From: Lama guanicoe
Lineage: Eukaryota
Length of the DNA: 64,000 nt
Direction: 5' to 3'
Assembly: GCA_013239625.1 (NCBI GenBank)
Contig: MU053606.1
Span: 186,001-250,000, forward strand
Numbering within the stretch: the stretch's first letter is position 1; each line of letters opens with the position of its first letter. This document shows, piece by piece, positions 24,432 through 37,334 of this stretch. A model generated the notes under the pieces. The model was not told the origin of the DNA and ran no database searches. It saw only the letters and a program-made list of their open reading frames with translations. The translations under genes were made by a program, and so were the position numbers.

Positions 24432-27400
24432 TTCATTTCACTTTCTTGATGATGTCCTTTGTAACAAATGGTTTTAATTTTGATGAAGTCCATTTCATCT
24501 GGTTTTTTTTTCATCACTTGTACTCTTGGTATTGTATCTAGGAAACCATAGCCTATCCTAGGACCACAAAGATTTATACTATGTCTTCTTTTAGAAAGTT
24601 TATACATTTAGTTTTTACGTTTCTGTCTGTGATTCATTTTGAATTAATTTTTATTTGTTATATAAAATATGGGGGTCCAGATCTCAGATGCATTCTTTTG
24701 CCTGCAGATACCCAGGTGTCTCTGCACCATTTGTTGAATAGACTATTCTTTCAATGGAGTGTTGTTGGCACATTTGTGGAGAACTGACTGTAAATGTGTT
24801 TCCCCCCTGGATTTTTTATTGTGCCTCATAGATTTATGCATCAAAACTTATGCCAGTACCATAATGACTTGTGTACTATAGATTTGTAGTAACCTTTGAG
24901 TGAGTCCTCCAACTTTGCTCTTCTTTTTCAAGGTTGTTTTGGCTGACCTGGGTCCCTTGCACTTCCATATGAATTTTAGGATCAGTTTTTCAATTTTTCC
25001 AAAGAAGTCAGCTGGAATTTTGATAGGGATTCCATTGAATTTGTAGATCACTTTGGAGAGTCTTAACATTTTTAACAATATTGTCTACCATTCCATGAAC
25101 ATGGGATGCCTTCCATATATGTAGATCTTTTAAATTTTTTTGGTGATACTTCAATGTTCAATGTACAAATCTTGTAAAATTTTGTTAAATGTATCTCTCA
25201 TTTTATTTTTAATGCTGTTGTAAATGGAAAGGCTGAGCTTCCTAAGGGTGGGACTATATGTCAATTTATTTATTTCTAGGATTCCTACACAGCAAATACC
25301 CAAAGTTTATATTTGCTACATAAATCTATCCACAATTCTTCCCACCCCCATGTTATAAGAAACCAAGACCCAGGTTAAACTACCTGAACACCTATGTGGA
25401 AATGATAAATGAGACCCTTGAGTGGGACTTTGTGCAGATGATACTAAGAGCTTATTCAGGATGGCTTCATCTTAATTTCTTTTAAACAATCCTTTCATTG
25501 TGTATACTCAGATACTTTAAGAACATGCCCTTTTGATGTGTGGAGGAGCTAAGACTATCATTTTCAAATAATTTCTAGTGAGAGTTTTGTACTTGAAACC
25601 TAATTTGCATCAATCTTTGAAGATTTATGTTTCAGGAACTTTGACTAAGTAATACCTGTCTTTATTCAATAGCTACAACGAAATGCTCAAGCAACATTTA
25701 AGAGTTTGAGCAAACTGTCCCCGCCCTGTAGTGCTGGTTGGCTGCAGCTGTAACTGGAGTCAGCGCTTACCTCTCCCAGTACGCTTGGGCTGATCTGCTC
25801 AAAGCGGTTCGTCCAACAGTTTGTCAATAGTCTGTTGGACAAAGCCATAAAGCATTGATTTAAGGTTGCTGGAATGGAATCTATTCTTATTAATATTAAG
25901 TAAGCACATATTGAGTGCTTACTGTATGTTGGGAATTGTCCCTCAGCCTCACATGAATATTATTTCTCTTAAAACCTCTCATATTTCCTTGTTATTCACA
26001 CTTTACATATAAGGAGACTGAGGATTACGTCTTCTCTCATTTAGGGGGAGCTCATTATCAATGATGGGAAGTTGTAAGGAAAAAGATATTGATTCATCCT
26101 GAGAAAATATTTTCCTGAGAGTCAGCATTGAAGAGGGTGACCACTGAAGAGGGTGATCATTGTTTGAGTGAGATGAGTTCTGGGTTGTACGGAGTCAGCA
26201 CCTCTGTCCTGGACCTGACACGTGTAGAGCTGTGTGGTAAGTGAGGTGGCGTGGCCGGGCAGGGAAAGCGGATGCCTGGCCATTGGGCTGTGCTCAGGCC
26301 CAGTGGGGCTTTCTCCTAAGGGCAGTGGACCATCATTGACAGATTTTAAGAAGAGGAGTGGGGTGCTCTCGTAGATCACTTTTGTCTTGTAGAATGCTTA
26401 GAAACATTTAGTAGGCTCGGCAGGAGGTGATGTGATGAGTCAGAGTAGGGTGGCTGCGAGGTGTAGCAGTGTTCAATTTTCAAGTGATTTTCAGTCCCAG
26501 GTTTGTGGCTCAGTAGCCGTGTCACTTTGGATGACACACCCAAGGAAGTGAAACAATTTATCTAATCAATTGAAGCAGTGATGTACCGACCTCCCAGGAC
26601 TGCTGTGGAGATCCAGTGAGATAACATGTGCACAGCATGCAGCGTGGTCCACAGCACAGAGTCAGTGCTGAGTGAGTGCCAGTGAGTACCTGGTAGGACA
26701 GCGTGGGTGGTCGGACTCGGTGACTGAGGAAATTGGGCCCTGAAGGAGGGGTCCTGTCACATCTGTGAGTGATGGGCCTGAGCTGGGAGAGGCAGGGAGA
26801 CCTTGCCCTCTGACCAGGTGCCCTGGGCAGGATGGCTATGGGAGGAGCACCGTGAAGTCAGCTCTGTGCAGGTGGAGTTGGAGGTGCCCTTGAGACAACT
26901 AAGTGCAGTGTCACGAGCTGACCGAGGATGTCTGGGCCTGGGCTGTGCATTTTCCTATAATCTCAATCCCTGAGGATGCTGAGGTATTGATCACTGAACA
27001 TGAAGACATACTTTACAGAACAAGTGAATAGTAGTATCATCTCTGTCATCAAAGCTCACGTCTCTTTATTCATCACTCACTTTGCTAATTGGGTGCTTAC
27101 AGAGCTCAATTCACTGCCCTCCCCTGGGCTCAGGCACCACAGTAAAGAGCTGATGAGCCTCCCTCTTTTCCAGAAGAAGACACATTTAGCTGGTAGCCTT
27201 CTATACCTCTCCAGATTTAGAATTTTAGTTTTTTGATTTAATTCTATTTTCTGTTGGCCATCTCCTGACATGAGACATGATTTACCACATGGTCAGGTTT
27301 CAATTAGCTGTTACTCAGAATTGCTGATCTGATCCATAGTGTATGTATTCTATTAACTTTGTAGAGTACTTATCATTTTTCTGTCTTTGCCCTTAAATTT

Positions 27401-30400
27401 TGTTTGCCCCTTCAAGGTTCTACCCTATATGGGGCCTTATTTATCTTTTTAATTAAAAAATGTCTGTTAGCAGTTAAGAAAACAAAAGCAAAGAAAAATG
27501 CACATGATAGCTAAATTTAGAAAATTTCCAGTGTGTTTTCTGTCTCAGCAATGGAGGGTTCTAGAAACTCATAAAAACCTTCATTACACAAGTTCCATAA
27601 AATGCTGATTAAGAAATAATACCTTCCTTCCTCATCTTTCAAGCTGCACAGCTAATTGTCAAGAAAGTGAGGGGAAATCCTCAGAAGCCAAGACAAACCA
27701 GAAAGCAGGGATTCTGATAAGTATGTGAGCCTTAGAAGCCCTGGGGTGCTGGTTGGCTCCTGAACTGAGTTTCAGTTGCCCTGGCAGGAGGGCAGGAGGT
27801 GAGCCCGAGGCCTCTCACTCTGGGAGTTGGATGGCTGATCTTATGTAAGGCCAAGCACATCCTGCAAATCCTGCTTTACAAAAGGGTGTATTAGAAAGAA
27901 AGGAAAAAAAAACATTCCTCAAGGCAAGGAAGTAAGGAAAGTCAATTTTTTTGGAAGCGGGGGAAAAATAACATATTCAAAGTAAGGGTTTAGCTTAAAG
28001 CTATTCTGGCATGAGAGTGACAACAAACTCCTGGCAGAAAATCACAGCTCCTCCCGGAAAGAGAAGTTGTGTTTTGAATGAATCCAAAAAAGGCCTCCAG
28101 AGCCTTCTGGATCAAGATACTGGACCCAAACACCTCCCTTCCATGGTCTCATTTAAATAACCAGAAAGGTTTTAAAGGAAAGAAGCCATAATCATAGTTC
28201 TATTTATTGACATTACTATATGCTAGGAATTCAGAGGTGACTATGGAGTTGTCTCCTCTTTTATGGACCTTACTTTCTATTTGACATAGTTGGGGAGCTG
28301 GGTTGAGGGTGGTGTTAGTCTGTTGCAATTAGCCAGGAGAGGAAATTAAGAAAGCAGTGAAGGGTGGGTAACATTTTTAGCTGAGGACAGTCCTGTTCAG
28401 TTGGCTTTTAATTGCAGGCTCGTTGAGTTGTCACTGGAGGGAATTGATCTTATGGAAGATGGACTTAACTCATGCCTCTTCAGAAAGGACAAGTGAAACT
28501 GGAGAAAGACAGTCAAATCTGTGCAGACATTAAAGTCCACGTGAACATGCTATATCTCTGAGCCAAAGATAGGACAAGTAGGCAGCACTACTTGAGGACA
28601 GAGGAGTGGTTTTTAAGGTTCTCCAAGAATGAATCTCAGGGAACCAAGATGGCCAGTTGTCAAACTGTGACTTTACTCTTTGGACGGTGTACCCACCAAG
28701 GGTATTGGCCGTTTATAGGTTTTCATTTCTCTTTAATACATGTCAGGTGATGAGGATGTGGGCATAAGCGTTTGACACCTTGTTGAGGTGACTTTGGGTA
28801 CCTGCCTAAAAGCACGGGCACAGCTACAGCTGTGTCATATATCTTGCTGCCCATCCCGCTCCCCGGCTCCGTGATCACGGTAGAGTGGTTCCTTATTGAG
28901 GTGTCCATCTCCTCTGTGGCGTCGTAACCAAACAAAAGACTGGAGTGTATTAGCTTGGCTTTGTTCTTTTCCATCCTTCTCTTCGAATGATGATGACTGA
29001 TAGTGGACTCAGTTACATTTGCAGATGATTTACAAGTAGGGCTCTTAGTACAAACTTTGTAATCTCCGCTGTGTGATCTAGAGAAGAAAGTTACATTCTT
29101 TCCAAATTGTTTTGATGTATTTATGTGGGAAAATGGTGTACATTTGAATATGTATTTCCTCTCTGAATCATCATGGCTAGAGATGAATATTTGTAGACAT
29201 GGAATGAGTCTTCTTTATTTGAACTGTATGGTCCCCTAAATTCTCCCCAGCTTTTTAAAGTCATCACTGGAGTGCTACCTCCAGAGTGTCCCAAAGCATC
29301 TACCACTGCCTGTTCTTCAGACACTGTGAGTTTCCAATTTGGAGAAGGCTGCTGGCTGTTGAGGCATTCTCTGGCACATCTCTGGCTGGCTGATGTGGGC
29401 TTAGCACCCAATACTTGGCAGACAGTATCTAACCACAATCACGTCCATTTCTGGAACACTCATGGAGGATTTTACACCTATGCTAGTGGCATACGTTATT
29501 TCATTTAGTTTTCCCAACAATCATAATTATATTTTATCACCTGTATTAAAAAGGAAACTGTCAAAGCGAGTGACATGCAGACTTTGGACTGGAACACGGG
29601 TCTTTCTGATCCCTGTCTCTGTTCCCTCCCCTGCCTATCCTTCCAAATGGCCACGAGACTCTTCCTCACTCTTGAGTTTCCCGCTGATATTACCACTCTC
29701 TTTGTTTCTGGAGAGGAAAACAAGTCTAAACTTACTTTCCAGTTGGAAATGGAATGGAGAGTTAATGTTGGAAGCTGGGAGAGTCTGTCCTGTGATGAAG
29801 TGGTCTCCGAGCCACTTCCACTGGGATGTCATGTCACTGTCTGGGCCCCTTGCTCAGCCTGTGCACAAGTGACAATGCAGATGTGCCGAGCAGTCCTCTT
29901 GGACAGGGCAGTGGGTTGGAAATGAGTTTGGGGATTTGGTTTCATCATATAGCTTCCTGAGTGTCTTCGCCTGGCACTTCAAATGGGAGCATTCCCTGTC
30001 ACACAGACTCATGCTCTGGGTCCATGCAGACCTGACATGGCCTCAGCCTGAGGCTCAGAGCCTGTGGTGATGAGGAGCATTTTAGTCCATGGTCTGCCTG
30101 TGGCTCTGACACTTCTGGGCTGTGGGAATTTTTCCAGGATGATAATAATTCCTCCCCGAGTTTCAGATTCCCTTGCCTGTGAGCCTGGGTAGTAATAGTT
30201 TCTGAGATGATTGTAATGATTCTGTAAGGGGCGCAGAGTGTGCTGGCAGGTAGCTGGTGATTAAGGAGCAGAAGTCGGAGTCAGTCTGTCAGTCTCTCAC
30301 TGTGTGCTCTGTGCTTTGAGAGGTTGTGTGTTTGGTGAAGGTCCTGCCCAAACCCTAGGGTCTAGATGAAATTTTGTTCCTTTACTTTCCCTTCCTTTTC

Positions 30401-30697
30401 CTCTTTCCCTTCTCTGTGTCCCATGTTTAGGTAGCAGATTCCTCTATTTCAGGGAATATGGGCCTTTCTAGTAAAAGGACAGTTGGAACATGGAGAGGTG
30501 GGACCCAGAGGGGGTCTGGAACATCTGCACAGCGCTGCTTATCCCTGCGTTATCTGGTCCCATCAGTGCACTAAGTTAGCCTTCCTCTTCCTTCCTGTGT
30601 CATTGGGTCTCTGTTTTAAGGGAAAACCTTTTTTACGGGTCTTTTTTCACTTACATGTTTCATTTAGATGCTTGATGCTTTTCTCCCTGTTCTTAAG

Positions 30698-30911
30698 CAT
30701 TCCGAGGAGAGAATTCAGCAGTGCAGCATCCTCTCCGAGCTCTATGAGTTGATCGGCTTCCACTGCAAGTACTCCTTCTTCAAGCGGGTGGCCCCCATGC
30801 AGCACGCGGCCCCCGGCATCCTGGAGCCTGGCGGGAAGGCCTGCTACCGACTCCTTCTGCAGACAGTTCCTGGCTACAGTCTGTCACTGGATCTGCAGGA
30901 CTTCAGCAAAG
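30698..30911 (+). pseudogene. TRAPPC9: TRAPPC9 pseudo-exon ([36 protein letters not shown]...DFSRG exon)
   Basis: ttcttaAG acceptor and weak G|GTGTTG donor. Open frame [71 protein letters not shown] with one codon missing and about 20 replacements versus recalled human TRAPPC9. Confidence 0.93.
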
Positions 30912-31007
30912 GTGTTGGAACTAAAACATTGCTTCAGTCCCATTAACCATGCCTGGTTTGGGCCCTGCTGTCCTGTCTCATCAGGGTGAATTTTGATTCA
31001 TGTAGAA

Positions 31008-31203
31008 CAGGGCTCAGTAGACTTTTTCTGTCAAGGGGTTGGGAGTGAATATTTCAGGGTCTGAAAACCTCCTGATCTCTGGTGCAGCTGCTCAGCTCTG
31101 CTGTTCAGACACCAGAGCAGCCGGACAATCCACACACCCACAGAGCTTTATTAACAGTGGTGGCTGGGGCTGGATTGGGCATATGAACTGCAGTTTGTCC
31201 CCA
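31008..31203 (+). mobile_element. MER58A-like hAT-Charlie MITE
   Basis: caggg...actttttctgtcaaggg...gaatatttcagg...gcagtttgtcccc follows the recalled MER58A consensus. Confidence 0.7.
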
Positions 31204-32325
31204 CAGCCTCCTCACTATTGTCACCTGCACCAGAGCATACATTTGTGACAATGGGTGAACCTACACTGACACGTCATCATTACCTAGAGCCCATACTTGA
31301 CACTAGGATTTACACTTGGTGGTGTGCACTCTGTGGGTTTGGACAGATGTACAATGACATATATCCACCATCACAGCATCATACAGAGTAATCTGTCTTA
31401 GTGACAATAAAATGCTCCGTGCTGCAACTCATTCATTGCTCCTTCCTCTCTAACCTCTGAAAGCCACTGATCTTTTAGTCTCTGTGGTTTTCCCTTTCCC
31501 AGAACACCATACAGTTGGAATCACACAGTTGCAGAAACTTCCCAGATTGGCTTCTTTCACTTAGTAATATGCATTTAAGGTTCCTCCATGTCTTTCCATG
31601 CCTTGATATCTCATTTCATTTTAGCACCCAATAATAGTCCATTTTCTGCCTGGACCACAGTTTATTTATCCATTCACCTACTGAAGAACAGCTTAGTTGC
31701 TTCTGAGTTCTGGTGATTATGAAAAAAGCTGCTATTAACATCTGTATGCAGATTTGTGTGTGGACATAAGTTTCCATTTCATCGAGTAAACACCAAGGAG
31801 CACAGTTGCCAGATCATATGTTAAGAGTACGTTTAGTTTTGTAAAAAAATTGCCAGACCATCTTCCAAAGTATCTGGGCCATTTTACATTCCCGCCAACA
31901 ATGCATGAGAATTCCTGATGCTCCACATCCTCACCAGCATTCGATGCTGTCAGTGTTCTGCGTTTTGGCAGTTCTGACAGGTGTGCATTTGTACCTCGCT
32001 GCTTCAGTATGCATCCTCTTGATAACAGATGCTGTGGAGCATCTTTCCATAGGCTTCTTTGGCATCTAGATTTCATATGCTGTCAGTGTTCTGCGTTTTG
32101 GCAGTTCTGACAGGTGTGCAGTTGTACCTAGCTGCTTCAGTATGCATCCTCTTGATAACAGATACTGTGGAGCATCTTTCCATAGGCTTCTTTGGCATCT
32201 AGATTTCTTGTTTGATGAGGTGTGTGTTCAGGCATTTTGCTCATTTTTTAATCAGGTTATTCATCCTTCTTGTTGAGTTTAAAGAGATTTTGGTATATTC
32301 TGGATATCAGCCCTTTATCAGTGTG
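31204..32325 (-). mobile_element. L1MC-like 3' end
   Basis: gaacctacactgacacgtcatcattac... L1MC 3'UTR phrases and an ORF2 C-terminal remnant (LTYDLATVLLGVY). Confidence 0.75.
31944..32206 (+). repeat. 133-bp tandem duplication in the first unit only
   Basis: atgctgtcagtgttctgcg... at 31944 and 32077; single copy in the second unit. Confidence 0.92.
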
Positions 32326-33271
32326 TCCCTGCCCTTCACCTGCAGCACCGGAGTTGTCCTTTGGGTCTCAGTGGAGTGTCAGCTCTTCAAAGAGGTTCCC
32401 TGTCTTCCCTCAGCCTAAATACTGTCCTTGTATTTTTCACTTTCATTAACTCATTTTGTTCTTTTTAAATAGCATTCCCCATAATTTGTAAGTACATTAA
32501 AAAAAGGGGCAATGATTGAACCCCGCCTCCCCTACCAGGCTGTGTGCCCTGTGAGAGCAGTGTCCCTGTCCCCACTCACCATTCCCCATGACAGCACATG
32601 GCACATGTCCATGTAAAAGTGTGTAGAGTGGGGCCAAACCTGATGAGCAGCTATGATGACATGTGTTGGCTAACATTTATTGAGTAGACTTTGTTTCTGA
32701 TCTTAATTATTATATCACATGAATGAAACTTGTTTCTTTTGAAAAATAAAACAACAAATCACACCTCCATGTGATTGGTACTTTCTACTTAGCCTTCTGA
32801 CCCAGTAGGGGACATTCACCATCATTTTGTGGAGGAGGTTGGGGAGGTAAAGTAAGAGAGTGAGATCAAATAAAGTAAATATGATAACTATCAGCTGGCT
32901 TTATTTTTATTTAGACATAAAATTTACTTTAAACCCTATTTTAGCTGTTGTTCTGTTGTTTTAAACATTTCTCATAGAATTAAATGGAAGCCCACTAAAC
33001 CCTGAAAGGGAAATTGTGTGCTCAGGTCCTGAAAAGTGTTTATGTCTATTTCTTGAAATGCAAATTTTCCCTGCTGGTTACAGAAAGTCGAGGCTGGAAT
33101 ACAGCCATGTACTGTGTGTGTCTGCAGGTTTCACGGGCTGCTCAACCATAGGAAATGAAAGAGAGTGACAAGGCACATGGGTTTCCCAAAAAGGAATAGT
33201 TGATGTAATAAACTTTCACTGCGTTGAACTTTTTTAATACAAGCCAGTTGAAAATTTTATCACTACACTAG

Positions 33272-33454
33272 NNNNNNNNNNNNNNNNNNNNNNNNNNNNN
33301 NNNNNNNNNNNNNNNNNNNNNNNNNNNNNNNNNNNNNNNNNNNNNNNNNNNNNNNNNNNNNNNNNNNNNNNNNNNNNNNNNNNNNNNNNNNNNNNNNNNN
33401 NNNNNNNNNNNNNNNNNNNNNNNNNNNNNNNNNNNNNNNNNNNNNNNNNNNNNN
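33272..33454. other. Assembly gap (183 N)
   Basis: N run. Confidence 1.
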
Positions 33455-36400
33455 TAAAAAAAAAACTAGGTGCTATTTGCCCCATTCTTGATGTGGCAGT
33501 GCTGAAGTTAGTTAAGTTGGGCCATTTAGGATCCTTAGCTAGGTTTTCCGGACATTGATTTCAGCCTCTTTATCTTATCTGCAATCTCTTCTTTTGTGTC
33601 GGCCTTTGGTCTTTTGACAACGTGGAAATACTGCATGGATCTGCCTTTCCCTTTTTTCCTGTCTTTGTGGGCATAGATTTCTTTAAGGCAGACTACTGGG
33701 ATATTAAGGATTTTGTGTGGGGTAAGTTTGGTCAGTTCTAAGGATTTCAATTAATATGTATTAATACTTGCTATTCAGCTAATGACAGTAAAGTTGTAAA
33801 ATAACTTAAGTATACATCAGTAAGTATAGTACAATAAGCCTATCACCCAGATTAAGGAATTCACAAACTTTTCCATATTTCCTTTATTCAGACCTTTGTT
33901 CTTTTATTTGTCCTTTGTTGAAGTATTTGACAGCAAATCCAAGAAGACATGTCATTTTACCCTATGTACTCAATTAGGCATGTCTGAAAAATGAGGGCCT
34001 TTTCTTTGATCAGGTTTTTCCATTTGACCCATGTGCTCATTAGCACCCAATAATAGTCCATTTTCTGCCTGGACCACAGTTTATTTATCCATTCACCTAC
34101 TGAAGAACAGCTTAGTTGCTTCTGAGTTCTGGTGATTATGAATAAAGCTGCTATTAACATCTGTATGCAGATTTGTGTGTGAACATAAGTTTCCATTTCA
34201 TCGAGTAAACACCAAGGAGCACAGTTGCCAGATCATATGTTAAGAGTACGTTTAGTTTTGTAAAAAATTGCCAGACCATCTTCCAAAGTATCTGGGCCAT
34301 TTTACATTCCCGCCAACAATGCATGAGAATTCCTGATGCTCCACATCCTCACCAGCATTCGATGCTGTCAGTGTTCTGCGTTTTGGCAGTTCTGACAGGT
34401 GTGCATTTGTACCTCGCTGCTTCAGTATGCATCCTCTTGATAACAGATACTGTGGAGCATCTTTCCATAGGCTTCTTTGGCATCTAGATTTCTTGTTTGA
34501 TGAGGTGTGTGTTCAGGCATTTTGCTCATTTTTTAATCAGGTTATTCATCCTTCTTGTTGAGTTTAAAGAGATTTTGGTATATTCTGGATATCAGCCCTT
34601 TATCAGTGTGTCCCTGCCCTTCACCTGCAGCACCGGAGTTGTCCTTTGGGTCTCAGTGGAGTGTCAGCTCTTCAAAGAGGTTCCCTGTCTTCCCTCAGCC
34701 TAAATACTGTCCTTGTATTTTTCACTTTCATTAACTCATTTTGTTCTTTTTAAGTAGCATTCCCCATAATTTGTAAGTACATTAAAAAAAGGGGCAATGA
34801 TTGAACCCCGCCTCCCCTACCAGGCTGTGTGCCCTGTGAGAGCAGTGTCCCTGTCCCCACTCACCATTCCCCATGACAGCACATGGCACATGTCCATGTA
34901 AAAGTGTGTAGAGTGGGGCCAAACCTGATGAGCAGCTATGATGACATGTGTTGGCTAACATTTATTGAGTAGACTTTGTTTCTGATCTTAATTATTATAT
35001 CACATGAATGAAACTTGTTTCTTTTGAAAAATAAAACAACAAATCACACCTCCATGTGATTGGTACTTTCTACTTAGCCTTCTGACCCAGTAGGGGACAT
35101 TCACCATCATTTTGTGGAGGAGGTTGGGGAGGTAAAGTAAGAGAGTGAGATCAAATAAAGTAAATATGATAACTATCAGCTGGCTTTATTTTTATTTAGA
35201 CATAAAATTTACTTTAAACCCTATTTTAGCTGTTGTTCTGTTGTTTTAAACATTTCTCATAGAATTAAATGGAAGCCCACTAAACCCTGAAAGGGAAATT
35301 GTGTGCTCAGGTCCTGAAAAGTGTTTATGTCTATTTCTTGAAATGCACATTTTCCCTGCTGGTTACAGAAAGTCGAGGCTGGAATACAGCCATGTACTGT
35401 GTGTGTCTGCAGGTTTCACGGGCTGCTCACTGTCATTTTCATTTTCTTGTGTTGCAGTTTATGAAGGTTTTCCATGAGATATATTGCTCAGACTTTTCCT
35501 GAATGAAGGATTGAATTTTCCATAGGAAATTTTATGAAAGAGAGTGACAAGGCACATGGGTTTCCCAAAAAGGAATAGTTGATGTAATAAACTTTCACTG
35601 CGTTGAACTTTTTTAATACAAGCCAGTTGAAAATTTTATCACTAGGTCATATGCCACAAATCTGTCTTAAGAATAGAAAGATTCAAATTTTATAGAAGAA
35701 GCAGTTTGAATCAAGTAAAAATTATGATTTGTACACTATTTGTTGTTAGAACTTATACTCAGTCTTATCATAATTGCCTGTGGTAGGAACTGGATCATTA
35801 TTTATTTATTTAAAAAAAAAGTCCACTAGGTGCTATTTGCCCCATTCTTGATGTGGCAGTGCTGAAGTTAGTTAAGTTGGGCCATTTAGGATCCTTAGCT
35901 AGGTTTTCCGGACATTGATTTCAGCCTCTTTATCTTTTTTGCAATCTCTTCTTTTGTGTCGGCCTTTGGTCTTTTGACAACGTGGAAATACTGCATGGAT
36001 CTGCCTTTCCCTTTTTTCCTGTCTTTGTGGGCATAGATTTCTGTAAGGCAGACTACTGGGATATTAAGGATTTTGTGTGGGGTAAGTTTGGTCAGTTCTA
36101 AGGATTTCAATTAATATGTATTAATACTTGCTATTCAGCTAATGACAGTAAAGTTGTAAAATAACTTAAGTATACATCAGTAAGTATAGTACAATAAGCC
36201 TATCACCCAGATTAAGGAATTCACAAACTTTTCCATATTTCCTTTATTCAGACCTTTGTTCTTTTATTTGTCCTTTGTTGAAGTATTTGACAGCAAATCC
36301 AAGAAGACATGTCATTTTACCCTATGTACTCAATTAGGCAAGTCTGAAAAATGAGGGCCTTTTCTTTGATCAGGTTTTTCCATTTGACCCATGTGCTCAT

Positions 36401-36829
36401 TAAGTACCAGCTGTATCATGCATCTCACTAGGCATTAGGGATCCTTGGGGCAATGAGACAGTCCTGGCTCCCAAGGAAGTTAAGGGCTGATGGAAGAAAC
36501 CAACACAGGAGCTTGGGTGTCTTATTTAAGGTACCTGCTGGATGACACCAATTGGACAAAATTTGTGCACAATACAGTAGGATTCACAGAAGGGACTGGT
36601 CAGACTTGTAGGGCAGGCAGTGAGAGAGGTGGTCAGCAGGGCTACAAGAGGAGGAATCATTTGATCAGAATCTGAAATCCTTTCTGCCAACCTTTCTACC
36701 AAGCCCCCAGGGCCCATCACACACAATCCTGTGCTGTAACTGTTTTTGATTTCTGTTACCATGTCTCCTTCAGGAAGGATTTTAAGGTGGAAAATATTTA
36801 AAATCCATAATTGTTGCCAGAAGGGACAT

Positions 36830-37075
36830 AGAACAAGGAACACGGAAACAATACAAATGTCCATCAGCACATGACTGGATAAAGACAAGGTGATACATAT
36901 CTACAATGGAATACTACTCAGCCATAAAAGATGCCATCTGCAGCAACATGAATGGATCTGAAGACTGTCATTCTAAGTGTAGTGGGGTGGAAAGAGAAAG
37001 AAAAATGCCATATGACTTCATTGATGGGGAATCTAAAATTAATAGCAATAATAATAAGACCACAAATGAACTAAA
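36830..37075 (+). mobile_element. L1 ORF2-end/3'UTR fragment
   Basis: aaatgtccatcag...acaatggaatactactcagccataaaa (MEYYSAIK). Confidence 0.85.
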
Positions 37076-37334
37076 TATTATTTTGATTTCTTGAATATGT
37101 GTAAGCACATCTGACTGTCCTTTGTGATTGGATTACCATATTCTGTTTATTATTCTTTTGTAGATGTCCTTATTCCTCTGGTAACTGTAATTTTAAAAAT
37201 CTAAAGCTCTAATCTGTTCTTAGAAACAATAATTAGCACATATATGTAAACTAAAAAAATGCAGTATACTTTATACATGTATTTACATGCAATATGTGTA
37301 TGTGGAGTTGAACTGTAATAATTCTACCTAATAG

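Larger units (their letters stand above)
22040..25230 (-). mobile_element. Old L1M element hosting nested insertions
   Basis: ORF2 remnant [52 protein letters not shown] (24848-25078). Interrupted by a younger L1, a MITE and a SINE. Confidence 0.8.
86..30911 (+). pseudogene. TRAPPC9: Unprocessed (duplicated) TRAPPC9/NIBP pseudogene fragment: three consecutive internal exons with introns
   Basis: Three segments with AG acceptors translate to consecutive TRAPPC9 peptides in the correct order, separated by ~6.7 kb and ~23.6 kb introns. Two of the three carry disabling lesions. Confidence 0.9.
31621..36402 (+). repeat. ~2.36-kb tandem duplication (units 31621-34039 and 34040-36402)
   Basis: Near-identical units (identical ORFs at 32212 and 34497); junction gctcat-tagcac at 34040. 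Confidence 0.95.

Noticed and set aside
28985..29170. C/D box snoRNA (ATGATGA at ~28987)
   Set aside because: No suitably spaced D box with a terminal stem.
29800..29860. Late TRAPPC9 exon (PLQWDV-like cactgggatgtc)
   Set aside because: Only a few codons of resemblance, wrong order relative to the other exons and no splice sites.
86..30911. Functional TRAPPC9 gene
   Set aside because: Multiple stops, a frameshift, a lost donor, high protein divergence and no downstream exon.
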